A DNA stretch of 64,000 nt from an uncultured cyanobacterium (GTDB taxonomy: Bacteria; Cyanobacteriota; Cyanobacteriia; Pseudanabaenales; Pseudanabaenaceae): assembly GCA_963703315.1 (NCBI GenBank), contig OY969811.1, positions 1,344,001 through 1,408,000 of the forward strand, read 5' to 3'. This document shows positions 19,605-28,421 of this stretch, in pieces; position 1 is the first letter of the stretch; each line of letters begins with the position of its first letter. Below the pieces are notes generated by a model. The model was not told the DNA's origin. It did no database searches and saw nothing but the letters and a program-made list of their open reading frames with translations. The position numbers and the translations under genes are program-made.

Positions 19605-20672
19605 TTTGGTTTTAAATTTGCCGATGATCGCCTGATCGACATCATTGGGACTAGCAATCCAATAACTAAAGCGAAACTCATTTGGATCGCTTGGTCTTCC
19701 TTTGAGGCTAGAGGATTGAATTTGTTCGGGTTTTAAAGTCATGGCAAAAGTAGCGATCGACATCATTTCGTCAAAACTGAGGTTAGAGTCCACGTGTTTT
19801 TGCATGACATTAATCAAATCAGGAAGATGCAGTACCACCATAGGATTAGCAATTTTGGCTTTGACTGCTTTTAAAATGATCTGCTGACGTTGAATGCGCC
19901 CAATATCCCCCTCTTCATCATGGCGAAATCTGGCAAAACCTTCAGCTTGCTGACCATTGAGGGTTTGTAACCCTGCATAGAGATCAATATTTAGCTTTTG
20001 AGTTTTGTCAACATACTTCATCCGCTTAGGGACATTGACCTCAACGCCGCCAAGGGCATCAACTAAAGCCGCTAAACCAGAAGTATCGACTCGTACATAG
20101 CGATCGATCTCAACACCATTCAATTTCTCAGCAACAACTTCTTGGGCAAGGGCAGCACCACCATAGACATTAGCAGAATTGATTTTCGTGACCCCGTAGT
20201 TAGGGATGGGAACTTGCGTATCGCGAGGAATTGATAGCATCTTTATTGAGCGATCGCTTGGATCTAGACGCACTAGCAACATCCCATCACTACGACCATT
20301 GAAAGATTCGGGAGAGCCAAGAGGTGCATCAAGTACACGATCCACACCCATGACTAAAATTTGATAGGGACGCTCTAATTTGCGACCTAAACCTTCAATC
20401 AAGACTTCTTCAGGCTTACGACCCGTCATTAAGCCGCCCCAATCGAGGGCATTAATCGGCATAATACGTCCTAAAAAAGCACCTGCACCAATGGAGACTA
20501 ATAGGGATAATGTAAAACCAATTTTTGCAAAGGGGATCTGCGGAGCTTTCTTGGGCAGAACTGGCTTTGCTACATCGACTTGCATAGTTTCTAGTGTAGT
20601 GGTAGGCAAATCAGCGCGATGGGAGTAGTCGGCTGACCGAATTTTCGATGCTGTAATCGGTCTATTAGGCAC
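19602..20672 (-). CDS. LytR-CpsA-Psr (LCP) family protein
   Basis: TM helix, ILVMGVD, RSD, SIPRDT, KIN, FARFRHD..GDIGRIQRQQ. Confidence 0.92.
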   Translation of the reverse strand: MPNRPITASKIRSADYSHRADLPTTTLETMQVDVAKPVLPKKAPQIPFAKIGFTLSLLVSIGAGAFLGRIMPINALDWGGLMTGRKPEEVLIEGLGRKLERPYQILVMGVDRVLDAPLGSPESFNGRSDGMLLVRLDPSDRSIKMLSIPRDTQVPIPNYGVTKINSANVYGGAALAQEVVAEKLNGVEIDRYVRVDTSGLAALVDALGGVEVNVPKRMKYVDKTQKLNIDLYAGLQTLNGQQAEGFARFRHDEEGDIGRIQRQQIILKAVKAKIANPMVVLHLPDLINVMQKHVDSNLSFDEMMSIATFAMTLKPEQIQSSSLKGRPSDPNEFRFSYWIASPNDVDQAIIGKFKTK

Positions 20673-20732
20673 ACACTACTCCATGCTTCTATAATGCTCA
20701 ACAAATAACATATACCGCAAGTCATCAACTCT

Positions 20733-21686
20733 ATGCAAGCTGTAATTATTGCTGGTGGGAAAGGAACACGCCTCAGACCCTTGACCTATGGATGTCCTAA
20801 GCCGATGCTACCTTTGGTTGATCGCCCATTTTTAGAATGGATGATTAATCGCTGTCGTGAAGCTAGTGTGAACGACATTTTGTTAAATGTGCAGTATCAC
20901 TCGCAACAAGTGATTGATTATTTTGGTGACGGCGATCGCTTTGGCGTAAAAATTCGCTATGTCGAGGAATCAACGCCTCTAGACACCGCAGGAGCAATTA
21001 AGCTTGCAGAGCCATATTTTACAGGCGAATCATTGATTGTGTTCAATGCTGACATTCTCACTAATTTAGACTTGACGGCACTGATAAAGTTTCATAAGGA
21101 CAATCAAGCCGATGCAACTTTGACTTTAACGAGAGTTGAAGACATTACGCCATTTGGCTTGGTGGAGATTAATGCTCAAAGCCAAGTTCAAGCATTTCGC
21201 GAGAAACCTAATGCTGAACAGGCAGTAGAATTTTTAGCTCAAGGTATTAATACAATTAATGCAGGAACCTATATTTTAGAGCCAAAGATTTTTGACATCT
21301 ATCCTACGGGTGAACCTTTGAGCTTTGAACGAAAAGTCTTTCCGAATGTGCTGGAGCGTGGCTTAAAAATGATGGGCTTTGTTTGGGATGGCTATTGGAT
21401 GGACATGGGAACTCCTGAGAAGTATTTCCAAGCACAGGTAGATGTGTTGGAAGGAAAGGTTCCCTTTGATTTTGGCGATCGCTCTGAGCAGAAAAGTACA
21501 GGGGTGTGGGTTGCTAAAACTGCCAATGTTGCGGAAGGTGCAGTTTTAGAAGCGCCTTGCTTTATCGGTGATAATGCTTCTATTGGTAAAGATGCACGTA
21601 TTCCTTCGCAAACTTTAATTGGTGCAAACTCTCTGATTAAAAAGGAAGTTCCTTCAGGGATGTATGCCGCAGGAACTTTTTTATAG
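20733..21686 (+). CDS. NDP-sugar synthase / mannose-1-phosphate guanylyltransferase-like nucleotidyltransferase
   Basis: AGGKGTRLRPLT..PKP, DTAGA, NAD, EKP, W.D.GTP, short hexapeptide-repeat tail. Confidence 0.88.
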   Translation: MQAVIIAGGKGTRLRPLTYGCPKPMLPLVDRPFLEWMINRCREASVNDILLNVQYHSQQVIDYFGDGDRFGVKIRYVEESTPLDTAGAIKLAEPYFTGESLIVFNADILTNLDLTALIKFHKDNQADATLTLTRVEDITPFGLVEINAQSQVQAFREKPNAEQAVEFLAQGINTINAGTYILEPKIFDIYPTGEPLSFERKVFPNVLERGLKMMGFVWDGYWMDMGTPEKYFQAQVDVLEGKVPFDFGDRSEQKSTGVWVAKTANVAEGAVLEAPCFIGDNASIGKDARIPSQTLIGANSLIKKEVPSGMYAAGTFL

Positions 21687-21748
21687 AATGCAAATTTTCT
21701 ATGGCGTGGCTTTGCCACGCCATAGAAAATTTGGTTGCTGACTGTCAA

Positions 21749-24700
21749 TTAACTCGATGATCGCAGTTCTAAGCCTAATACTTGCGTATGTTCTCCACGG
21801 GCTTGAGTTACGCCGATAGTGCGCTCGGAGGCTTCGATCATCGGGCGGCGAAGGCTGACCACGATGAATTGGGCGAGATTGGCTTGCTTGCGTACCATCT
21901 TCGATAGACGCTCGACATTGGAGCCATCAAGGAACATATCGACTTCATCGAAGGCGTAGAAGGGCGAAGGACGATAGCGCTGCAAAGCAAAGATAAAGCT
22001 GAGAGCGGTCAAGGATTTTTCGCCGCCAGACATGGAGGAGAGGTTCTGAACTTGTTTACCCTTGGGGTGTGCGACTAGGGTTAAGCCACCACTTAGGGGC
22101 GCATTCGGATTTTCTAATTGCAGGTAGCCATCACCATCGGAAAGCTCAGAAAATATTTCTTTGAAATGTCCATTAACCGCATCAAAGGCTTGCATAAAGG
22201 CACGTTGACGTAAGGTCGTGAAATTCTCAATCCTGATTAAGAGTTCAGTACGCTCTTGGTTGAGGGTTTCTAAGCGGCTACTCAGTTCATCGAGACGTTC
22301 CGATGTTGCTTCGTATTCCGCGATCGCCATCATATTCACAGGTTCCATCGACTGGATGCGCTTGAGAAGGCGACGTTGCTCTAGTTGCAACTGTTCGAGG
22401 GTCATCGTCTCAGGCACTTCAGGAACGATATCGGGAAGTTCGATTTGATTAAGTTGTTCTGTAAATTGAGCAATTTGTTGTTCGAGTTCAACTTGGCGTT
22501 CACGATTTTTTTGTAACTGCCATTCCTGTTGTTGATATTGCTGCTGTTGAGCGCGGAGCGATCGCTCTGCCGCATCGCGTTCTTGTTTAGCAGCACCGAT
22601 AGTTTGCTCTAGGGCATCAAGACGACTTTGGTAAGAGGTGATCGCCTGTTCTGTTTGCTTGATTTGATGCTGAATTTGCGAAGTACTATTGATTAGTTCG
22701 GCTTGGGTACTGCGAAGTTCTTGCAGACGAGTTTGACGCTGCGCCATCTTTTCGAGGGCAAGTTTATGCTGATTCTCTAATTCACCTAATTGTTGCTTAG
22801 CAGTTCGCAGTTCGATTTCAGCAGTATTTAAGAGAGCGTCTTGACCTTGCAAAGCTTCTTGCGCCTGTAACCAACGGGTATGGGTTCCCGATTTCTCCAG
22901 TTCCGTGAGTTCGGCACGCTTGACTAAAAGTTTAGCTTCGAGTTCGGCAATATTGCCATCAAGGGTATTGAGTTGAGCTTGTCCGATCTCAATGGCGGCG
23001 CGAGTTTTTTGAATTTGGTCTTGCAGACGTGTGCGATCGCGGCTATTGCGTTCGATTTGTTCGTAAATGCGATCGCGTTTGAGTTGGGCTTCACGGTGAG
23101 TGGTTCGCGCCGATTGCAACTGCTCTTCGTACTTGGCGATACCCGTCAATGCGCCGCGCAGACGTTGATTCAGCCGCGCTAACATTTGGTCAATTTCCAA
23201 CAGGCGATCGCGCAATTGCTTCGTTTCCGAAGACTCCGCAGGCTTGGCATTACCAAAATGGAGACTGGAGTGCAATGGCGCACTACCACCCGTCATTGCC
23301 CCTGAAGTTTCCAGAATCTCACCTTCCAGCGTCACCATCCGATATTTGCCGATGTGGAATCGTGCTTGATTGAGATTCTCAAATACCAGCGTATTTCCAA
23401 ATACAAAGGAGAAGACATCTTGATAGCGGTCTTCGTAGGTGACGAGATTAAAAGCGTAGTCAATCGCTCCTAGTTTTTGTGCTTCCACACGGGAAGGGAA
23501 TTTGGCAGGCTGCAATTTATTTAATGGCAAAAAAGTGGCGCGTCCTGCCCGTTCCTTTTTGAGTAAGGCGATCGCCTCCGCAGCCACTTCATCGCTCTCA
23601 ACGACCAGATTTCCTAATCTGCCACCCGCACAAATTTCTAGCGCCAATTGATAGCGTGGTTCCACTAATCCCAATTGGGCAACCAGTCCATAAACCCCCA
23701 ACATATCCGCTTCGATGATTACCTGTGAAGCCCTAGTACCTTGAACTTCGCGGCTTGCCTGTACCTGAGCTTCCAGTTTATCTAATTGACGAGATTTTAC
23801 CCGTTGCTCTTGATTAAGGCGATCGATTGTTTCATTTTGCAGTTGCACTTCTAATTGTGCTTCCGCCAGATTTTTGGCAAGGGTTTGTACTAAGGATTCT
23901 GCACCATTGACCTCAGCTTCCTGTAAGCGCAGAGCATCCTCTAAGGACTGATTAGAGAGCATATCTACCGCATAACGTCCTTCGCCCGCCACAATCTCTT
24001 TAAGTTCCTTCTCTTGGGATTCTAATTGTAGCGATCGCTGATTGAGGACTTCCTTAATCCGAGTTTGTTCTTGTTTTTGTGGATCGAGTTCTGCTTGAGC
24101 CGTATCAACATCTTGTCTAAGTTGAGTTTGCTGGCGCACCCATTCCGAAGATGCCGAGGCGATCGCTTGGACTTCCTTGCGATATTGCGAAACAATTGAC
24201 GACTGTTGATCGCGAGCTTTTTCCGCCGTGACCACCGCTTCTTCTTTAAATTGCTTTTGCGATTCTAACTGTTCCGATTCCCGTAGGAGGCGATCAATTT
24301 CTTCTTGCGTGCTGACAATGTGATTTTGATTATTTTGATAGGAACTAGTTAGCGATTGCTGCTGCCGTTGCAAACCGCGCAATTCTGCCTGTTGCGCTGA
24401 TAGATTGCTCGATACCGAGAGATACTCTTCTTCACCGAGAGTATGCACGCGATCGCTAAGTTCATTAAGCTGAACTGTCCCTGTTTCAATTACTTGGGAG
24501 AGTTCCACTAAGGATTTCTCAATACCTTCACATTGTTCGCGATTGTTAATTAATTCAACATTACGCAATGATTGCTGATAAGTAATTTCACGCTGTTGCA
24601 GCACCGCCTCCGATGCCTCCATGCGTTCATATTCTAACCGCAGCGCCTTATATTTTTCCGCCTTAACGCGATCGCCCTTTAGCTTCTCTTTATTCGCAAT

Positions 24701-25348
24701 CAATTCCTGCTCAACAATCCTAAAACGTTCTTCCTGCGCCTTCACATCATCAAGCTTGTCCTTGGCTGTGGAAATTTTGCGATCAAACTCACCGACACCC
24801 GCCAGTTCATCAATAATCTCGCGCCGCTCCCGCGAATTCATGGAGATAATGCCCGTGACATCCCCTTGCAGCACAACATTATAGCCTTCAGGATAAATAC
24901 GGAACTTGGCTAACTGTTCATGCAGTTCGCTTAAATTGCAAGGAGTTCCATTGATATAGTAAGTAGAAGTATAAGTCCCCTGACTCGTCACCCGCAACTT
25001 CCGCATTACTGTCCATTCGCCCTCGGTCTGCCCCTCAGATCTGGGAATGTCCACACCTTCACTTTGCAGCGCCGCCATCTCTTCCGCTTCTAGCGCAAAG
25101 GTGACGATCACACTCGCCTCGACCATCCGCCCTTTTTTGCTATGGGCTTGGTTAACCAAATCTGGCAAGCGATCCGCCCGCATCCCCTTCGAGCCTGCCA
25201 ACCCCAGCGCAAATAGCAACGCATCCAAAATATTCGATTTGCCCGATCCATTAGGTCCTGAAACTACCGTAAACCCCTGCAAAAGCGGGATCGATACGGT
25301 CGAGCCGAAGGACTTAAATCTGGTGAGTTCTACGTTTTTAATGTACAT
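21749..25348 (-). CDS. smc: Chromosome segregation protein SMC
   Basis: GPNGSGKSN, long coiled coils, hinge GRATFLPL, MSGGEKS, FDEVD. Confidence 0.97.
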   Translation of the reverse strand: MYIKNVELTRFKSFGSTVSIPLLQGFTVVSGPNGSGKSNILDALLFALGLAGSKGMRADRLPDLVNQAHSKKGRMVEASVIVTFALEAEEMAALQSEGVDIPRSEGQTEGEWTVMRKLRVTSQGTYTSTYYINGTPCNLSELHEQLAKFRIYPEGYNVVLQGDVTGIISMNSRERREIIDELAGVGEFDRKISTAKDKLDDVKAQEERFRIVEQELIANKEKLKGDRVKAEKYKALRLEYERMEASEAVLQQREITYQQSLRNVELINNREQCEGIEKSLVELSQVIETGTVQLNELSDRVHTLGEEEYLSVSSNLSAQQAELRGLQRQQQSLTSSYQNNQNHIVSTQEEIDRLLRESEQLESQKQFKEEAVVTAEKARDQQSSIVSQYRKEVQAIASASSEWVRQQTQLRQDVDTAQAELDPQKQEQTRIKEVLNQRSLQLESQEKELKEIVAGEGRYAVDMLSNQSLEDALRLQEAEVNGAESLVQTLAKNLAEAQLEVQLQNETIDRLNQEQRVKSRQLDKLEAQVQASREVQGTRASQVIIEADMLGVYGLVAQLGLVEPRYQLALEICAGGRLGNLVVESDEVAAEAIALLKKERAGRATFLPLNKLQPAKFPSRVEAQKLGAIDYAFNLVTYEDRYQDVFSFVFGNTLVFENLNQARFHIGKYRMVTLEGEILETSGAMTGGSAPLHSSLHFGNAKPAESSETKQLRDRLLEIDQMLARLNQRLRGALTGIAKYEEQLQSARTTHREAQLKRDRIYEQIERNSRDRTRLQDQIQKTRAAIEIGQAQLNTLDGNIAELEAKLLVKRAELTELEKSGTHTRWLQAQEALQGQDALLNTAEIELRTAKQQLGELENQHKLALEKMAQRQTRLQELRSTQAELINSTSQIQHQIKQTEQAITSYQSRLDALEQTIGAAKQERDAAERSLRAQQQQYQQQEWQLQKNRERQVELEQQIAQFTEQLNQIELPDIVPEVPETMTLEQLQLEQRRLLKRIQSMEPVNMMAIAEYEATSERLDELSSRLETLNQERTELLIRIENFTTLRQRAFMQAFDAVNGHFKEIFSELSDGDGYLQLENPNAPLSGGLTLVAHPKGKQVQNLSSMSGGEKSLTALSFIFALQRYRPSPFYAFDEVDMFLDGSNVERLSKMVRKQANLAQFIVVSLRRPMIEASERTIGVTQARGEHTQVLGLELRSSS

Positions 25349-25525
25349 AGTGGTGATCTGGGGGTGCGATCTGGGGGCTGATCGGTGAGGGATGGTCAGG
25401 GAATGGAGATCGGGCTATGCTAGTTTTTGACAGCACGAAAGTGCCAATAGGCTATCACATCTTGTCAAAAATGGTGTAAGTATCGCCAAGATTTCAGTAA
25501 TTCTCATTAACCATGAATCACCCCT

Positions 25526-25987
25526 ATGAAAATACATTATTGCCTTGTCTCTAGCGCGATCGCCTTACCTCTATATTTCTCACTCGTGCAAACTGCGATC
25601 GCTAATCCAGTTAGTCAATTATTAGAAACTAGAGCCTGTTATGAATGCGAGTTAAGTAATGCCAATCTAGTTGAAGCAAAACTCAATGGTGCAAATCTGA
25701 GCTTGGCAAAAATGCGGGCAGCAGACTTGCGGAAGGCAAATTTAATCGGGGCAAATTTAATCGGGGCTTACTTAAGAGATGCCAATTTTCAAGATGCTAA
25801 TCTACGCTGGGCAAACTTTACTAATGCGGACTTAGAGAATGTGGATTTTCGAGGTGCAGATTTGAGAGGAGCAAAGTTTAATGCAGCTTTATTGAAGGAT
25901 GTTAACTCTCAAAAGAGCATCTTTTGCCGCACGATTATGTCTGACGGCAAGCTCAATAATCGTGATTGTCGATTATCGGGCGATTGA
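25526..25987 (+). CDS. Exported pentapeptide-repeat protein
   Basis: Signal peptide ending AIA, C..C.L, A(N/D)L repeats, CRT.M.DG..NNRDC. Confidence 0.9.
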   Translation: MKIHYCLVSSAIALPLYFSLVQTAIANPVSQLLETRACYECELSNANLVEAKLNGANLSLAKMRAADLRKANLIGANLIGAYLRDANFQDANLRWANFTNADLENVDFRGADLRGAKFNAALLKDVNSQKSIFCRTIMSDGKLNNRDCRLSGD

Positions 25988-26062
25988 ACTGCCAGACACT
26001 GACCGCTTAGGCGTTACAGCGCCCACTTTCTGATTCAATGGGAATATCCGTCTAACAAAATC

Positions 26063-26195
26063 ATGGACAGCTTCCCCACAATCTTTCTATCTCATGGTGC
26101 GCCAGATTTGGGGATTAGAGTCTAAGGGAGTCCAAATCCACAGCAGCTATACCTATGGTGTTTTCAGTATGGCAGCTTACGCATTTAGATCGTAG
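26063..26195 (+). pseudogene. Internally deleted DODA/LigB-type extradiol ring-cleavage dioxygenase remnant
   Basis: MDSFPTIFLSHGAPDLGIR (family N-terminus) is joined out of frame to ESKGVQIHSSYTYGVFSMAAYAFRS* (family C-terminus); the central part is missing. Confidence 0.75.
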
Positions 26196-26204
26196 AGTCG
26201 CAGG

Positions 26205-26308
26205 GCGATCGCCCCTAATCTCAATAATAAAGCGATCGCCTAAAATATCCACACTTTCACGAACAAGCGATCGCCCCCAACCAACCAACAACATCAAACA
26301 GCGATCGC
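26205..26308 (+). repeat. HIP1-punctuated repeat array 1 (units A-B-C, 4 HIP1 sites)
   Basis: GCGATCGC at 26205, 26232, 26267 and 26301, separated by A (CCCTAATCTCAAT..), B (CTAAAATATCCACACTTTCAC..) and C (CCCCAACCAACCAACAACATCAAACA) spacers. Confidence 0.9.
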
Positions 26309-26380
26309 TTATAACCTAAATCACAAAGTGATGTATTTAATGTATTGACATCATGTATTTCACTTGGTTACATTAGAGAC

Positions 26381-26692
26381 ATGGACTTTGAATGGGACAA
26401 CAAAAAGAACAACGCCAATATCGCAAAGCATGGAATTGATTTTGAGTTTGCTAAGGAAATTTTTTCAGGTATTTGGATTTCAAAACCTGACAATCGCAAA
26501 GATTATGGCGAATCTCATTTTATTGCTCTTGGAGGTTTGGAAGGTTTTGTTCTCCTTGCTGTCTACACTCTGCGAGGACAAAGAATACGTCTCATTTCTG
26601 TAAGGCTTGCAAATAAAGAGGAAAGGAGAATTTATTATGGCTATATCGAGAGAAGAACAATTGAAAATCCTTGGTCGGATGAAGGATTCTGA
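26381..26692 (+). CDS. BrnT-family toxin
   Basis: MDFEWD..KN..N..KHGIDF, D.R.DYGE, VYT.R...IRLIS.R.A...ER. Confidence 0.88.
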   Translation: MDFEWDNKKNNANIAKHGIDFEFAKEIFSGIWISKPDNRKDYGESHFIALGGLEGFVLLAVYTLRGQRIRLISVRLANKEERRIYYGYIERRTIENPWSDEGF

Positions 26693-26891
26693 TATTGACT
26701 ATACGGACGCTCCTGCGACAAATGCTGACTTTTGGGAAGATGCAACGGTTAACATTCCACCTGTCAAGGTTCCTGTTACGTTGAGACTTGATCCGAATGT
26801 TTTAGCTTGGTATAAACAACAAGTTCCACGAGGTTATCAAACTCTAATCAATAATGTTCTACAAAAATACATGACAGATCATCAAGCCTAA
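26637..26891 (+). CDS. BrnA-family antitoxin
   Basis: DIDYTD.P....FW..A and VTLRLDP.VL.W.K...GYQT.IN.VL; RBS AAGGAG before the ATG at 26637. Confidence 0.9.
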   Translation: MAISREEQLKILGRMKDSDIDYTDAPATNADFWEDATVNIPPVKVPVTLRLDPNVLAWYKQQVPRGYQTLINNVLQKYMTDHQA

Positions 26892-26902
26892 ACTTGAGTT
26901 AT

Positions 26903-26982
26903 GCGATCGCCTAAAATATCCACACTTGCACCACACAAGCAATCGCCTCTCAACAAACCAACAACATCAAACAGCAATCGCC
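26903..26982 (+). repeat. HIP1-punctuated repeat array 2 (units B-C)
   Basis: One GCGATCGC plus two degenerate GCAATCGC with the same B and C spacers. Confidence 0.85.
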
Positions 26983-27002
26983 TTATTAATTTGTGGCAAA
27001 AA

Positions 27003-27455
27003 CTAGAAAGATTTCCTTGAATCAGTTGATGGAGGATGCCAACCAACTTTCACCCATGCTTGTCTGGCTCTCACAATTTCTGTTTCACTGCGAACTTCAT
27101 CATTCAAATCTAGCCGATTTACAGTTGCTCTTCCCACTTCCGTAATACCAATAATTCTACAGCCATCTTCACTCCAAATAAAATGCTCATTCCATACTTG
27201 CTGGCGAGGATGAAATAGATTTACTGCGTTTAATGTTGCTGGATCTTTTCCTTGTGTGAAGTTGTAATGATGTGAGTTGCAGCGCTGACAAGCTAGGGCT
27301 AAGTTATCTATATTGTCTGAACCTCCAATAGATCTTGGTTGAATGTGATCTATCTCAAACCTTGCAGGGCTAATTTCTTCTGAAGAATGACAATATTCAC
27401 ATAAAAAACTAGCTCTTTGTCTTATTTGGAGTCTTACTGCTGTAGGAATTGCCAT
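27003..27455 (-). CDS. HNH endonuclease
   Basis: CEYC, IDHIQPRS.GG....NLALACQRCN, LFHPR.Q.W.EHF, GRAT...L.LN, GWHPP; likely ATG at 27455. Confidence 0.9.
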   Translation of the reverse strand: MAIPTAVRLQIRQRASFLCEYCHSSEEISPARFEIDHIQPRSIGGSDNIDNLALACQRCNSHHYNFTQGKDPATLNAVNLFHPRQQVWNEHFIWSEDGCRIIGITEVGRATVNRLDLNDEVRSETEIVRARQAWVKVGWHPPSTDSRKSF

Positions 27456-27462
27456 ATAAAAT

Positions 27463-27702
27463 CTAGGCTTCGCTAATAATTTTGGCATTAAGCAAGGTAA
27501 AAATTTGATCTAATTCCAAAATCCCTGCTAATTCTGCTTTTTCTTGGTCATTTAGTCCGATTCCTTTAAGACGCTCATTCAAATTATCTAGGCGCTCTTG
27601 TAATGGCTCAGAGAATTTAAATAAATAGCGATCGCGCACTTTTGCGGTAATAATTCCTGTGGATATCCACGAAGAGGGCTTTACCATTGTTTGAGTCATC
27701 AT
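27463..27702 (-). CDS. Small helical protein co-transcribed upstream of the HNH gene (putative antitoxin)
   Basis: 79 aa; FKFS..LQERL..L.E......L...E.AEL.GI.EL..IFTLLNA; 7 nt from the HNH start. Confidence 0.65.
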   Translation of the reverse strand: MMTQTMVKPSSWISTGIITAKVRDRYLFKFSEPLQERLDNLNERLKGIGLNDQEKAELAGILELDQIFTLLNAKIISEA

Positions 27703-27739
27703 TTGTTTAACTCCATTCTCTTGCTAGTGACAATTATAA

Positions 27740-28257
27740 GCGATCGCCTAAAACATCCATGCCTTCGCTAAATAAGCGATCGCCCCTAATCTCAATCAAA
27801 AAGCGATCGCCTAAAATATCCTCACTTTCACCAACAAGCGATCGCCCCTCAACAAACCAACAACATCAAGCAGCGATCGCCCCTCAATATACCAACAACA
27901 TCAAACAGCGATCGCCCCAAATCACAATCAAATAGCGATCGCCCAAAATATCCACATTTTTACCCACAAGCGATCGCCCCCAACCAACCAACAACATCAA
28001 ACAGAGATCGCCCCTAATCTCAACCAAAAAGCGATCGCCTCAAATATCAACACTTCCACCACTCAAGCGATCGCCCCCTCAACAAACCAACAACACCAAA
28101 AAGCGATCGCCCCTAATCTCAATCACAAAGCGATCGCCTAAAATATTCATACTCTCACCACACAAGCGATCGCCCCTCAACAAACCAACAACACCAAACA
28201 GCGATCGCCCCAATCTCAATCAAATAGCGATCGCCTAAATTATCAACACTTTCACCA
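27740..28257 (+). repeat. HIP1-punctuated higher-order tandem array 3 (16 HIP1 sites; order B A B C C A B C A B C A B C A B; ABC unit about 96-99 bp)
   Basis: HIP1 at 27740, 27776, 27803, 27838, 27873, 27908, 27935, 27970, 28004 (GAGATCGC variant), 28031, 28067, 28103, 28130, 28166, 28201 and 28227. Confidence 0.95.
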
Positions 28258-28421
28258 TAGAGATATTTCGCCCAGCCTGAGTAGGTACAATATTTTTTCA
28301 TAGTAATTTAGATCAGTTTGGTTAAAGTCTCATATATTTTATATTTAACAAATACTCACTATTGCCGCTATTTGTCCACTATCATTTATATCAGAAGCTT
28401 TCTTTTAAGGTTGTATAAGCG

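Noticed and set aside
19418..19620. tRNA-Arg or tRNA-fMet as an integration site
   Set aside because: No integrase nearby and no duplicated tRNA 3' end noticed; the flanking genes are core genes.
5950..25348. Wadjet/MksBEF-type defence system from scpA plus smc
   Set aside because: Both look like canonical housekeeping condensin genes, 15 kb apart on opposite strands, with no JetD-like gene.
26115..26297. 60-aa minus-strand ORF
   Set aside because: It is the antisense reading of the HIP1 array and the dioxygenase remnant.
27740..28257. Possible CRISPR array
   Set aside because: The constant part is only the 8-bp HIP1, the spacers are themselves repeated (A/B/C) rather than unique, and no cas genes or leader are present.
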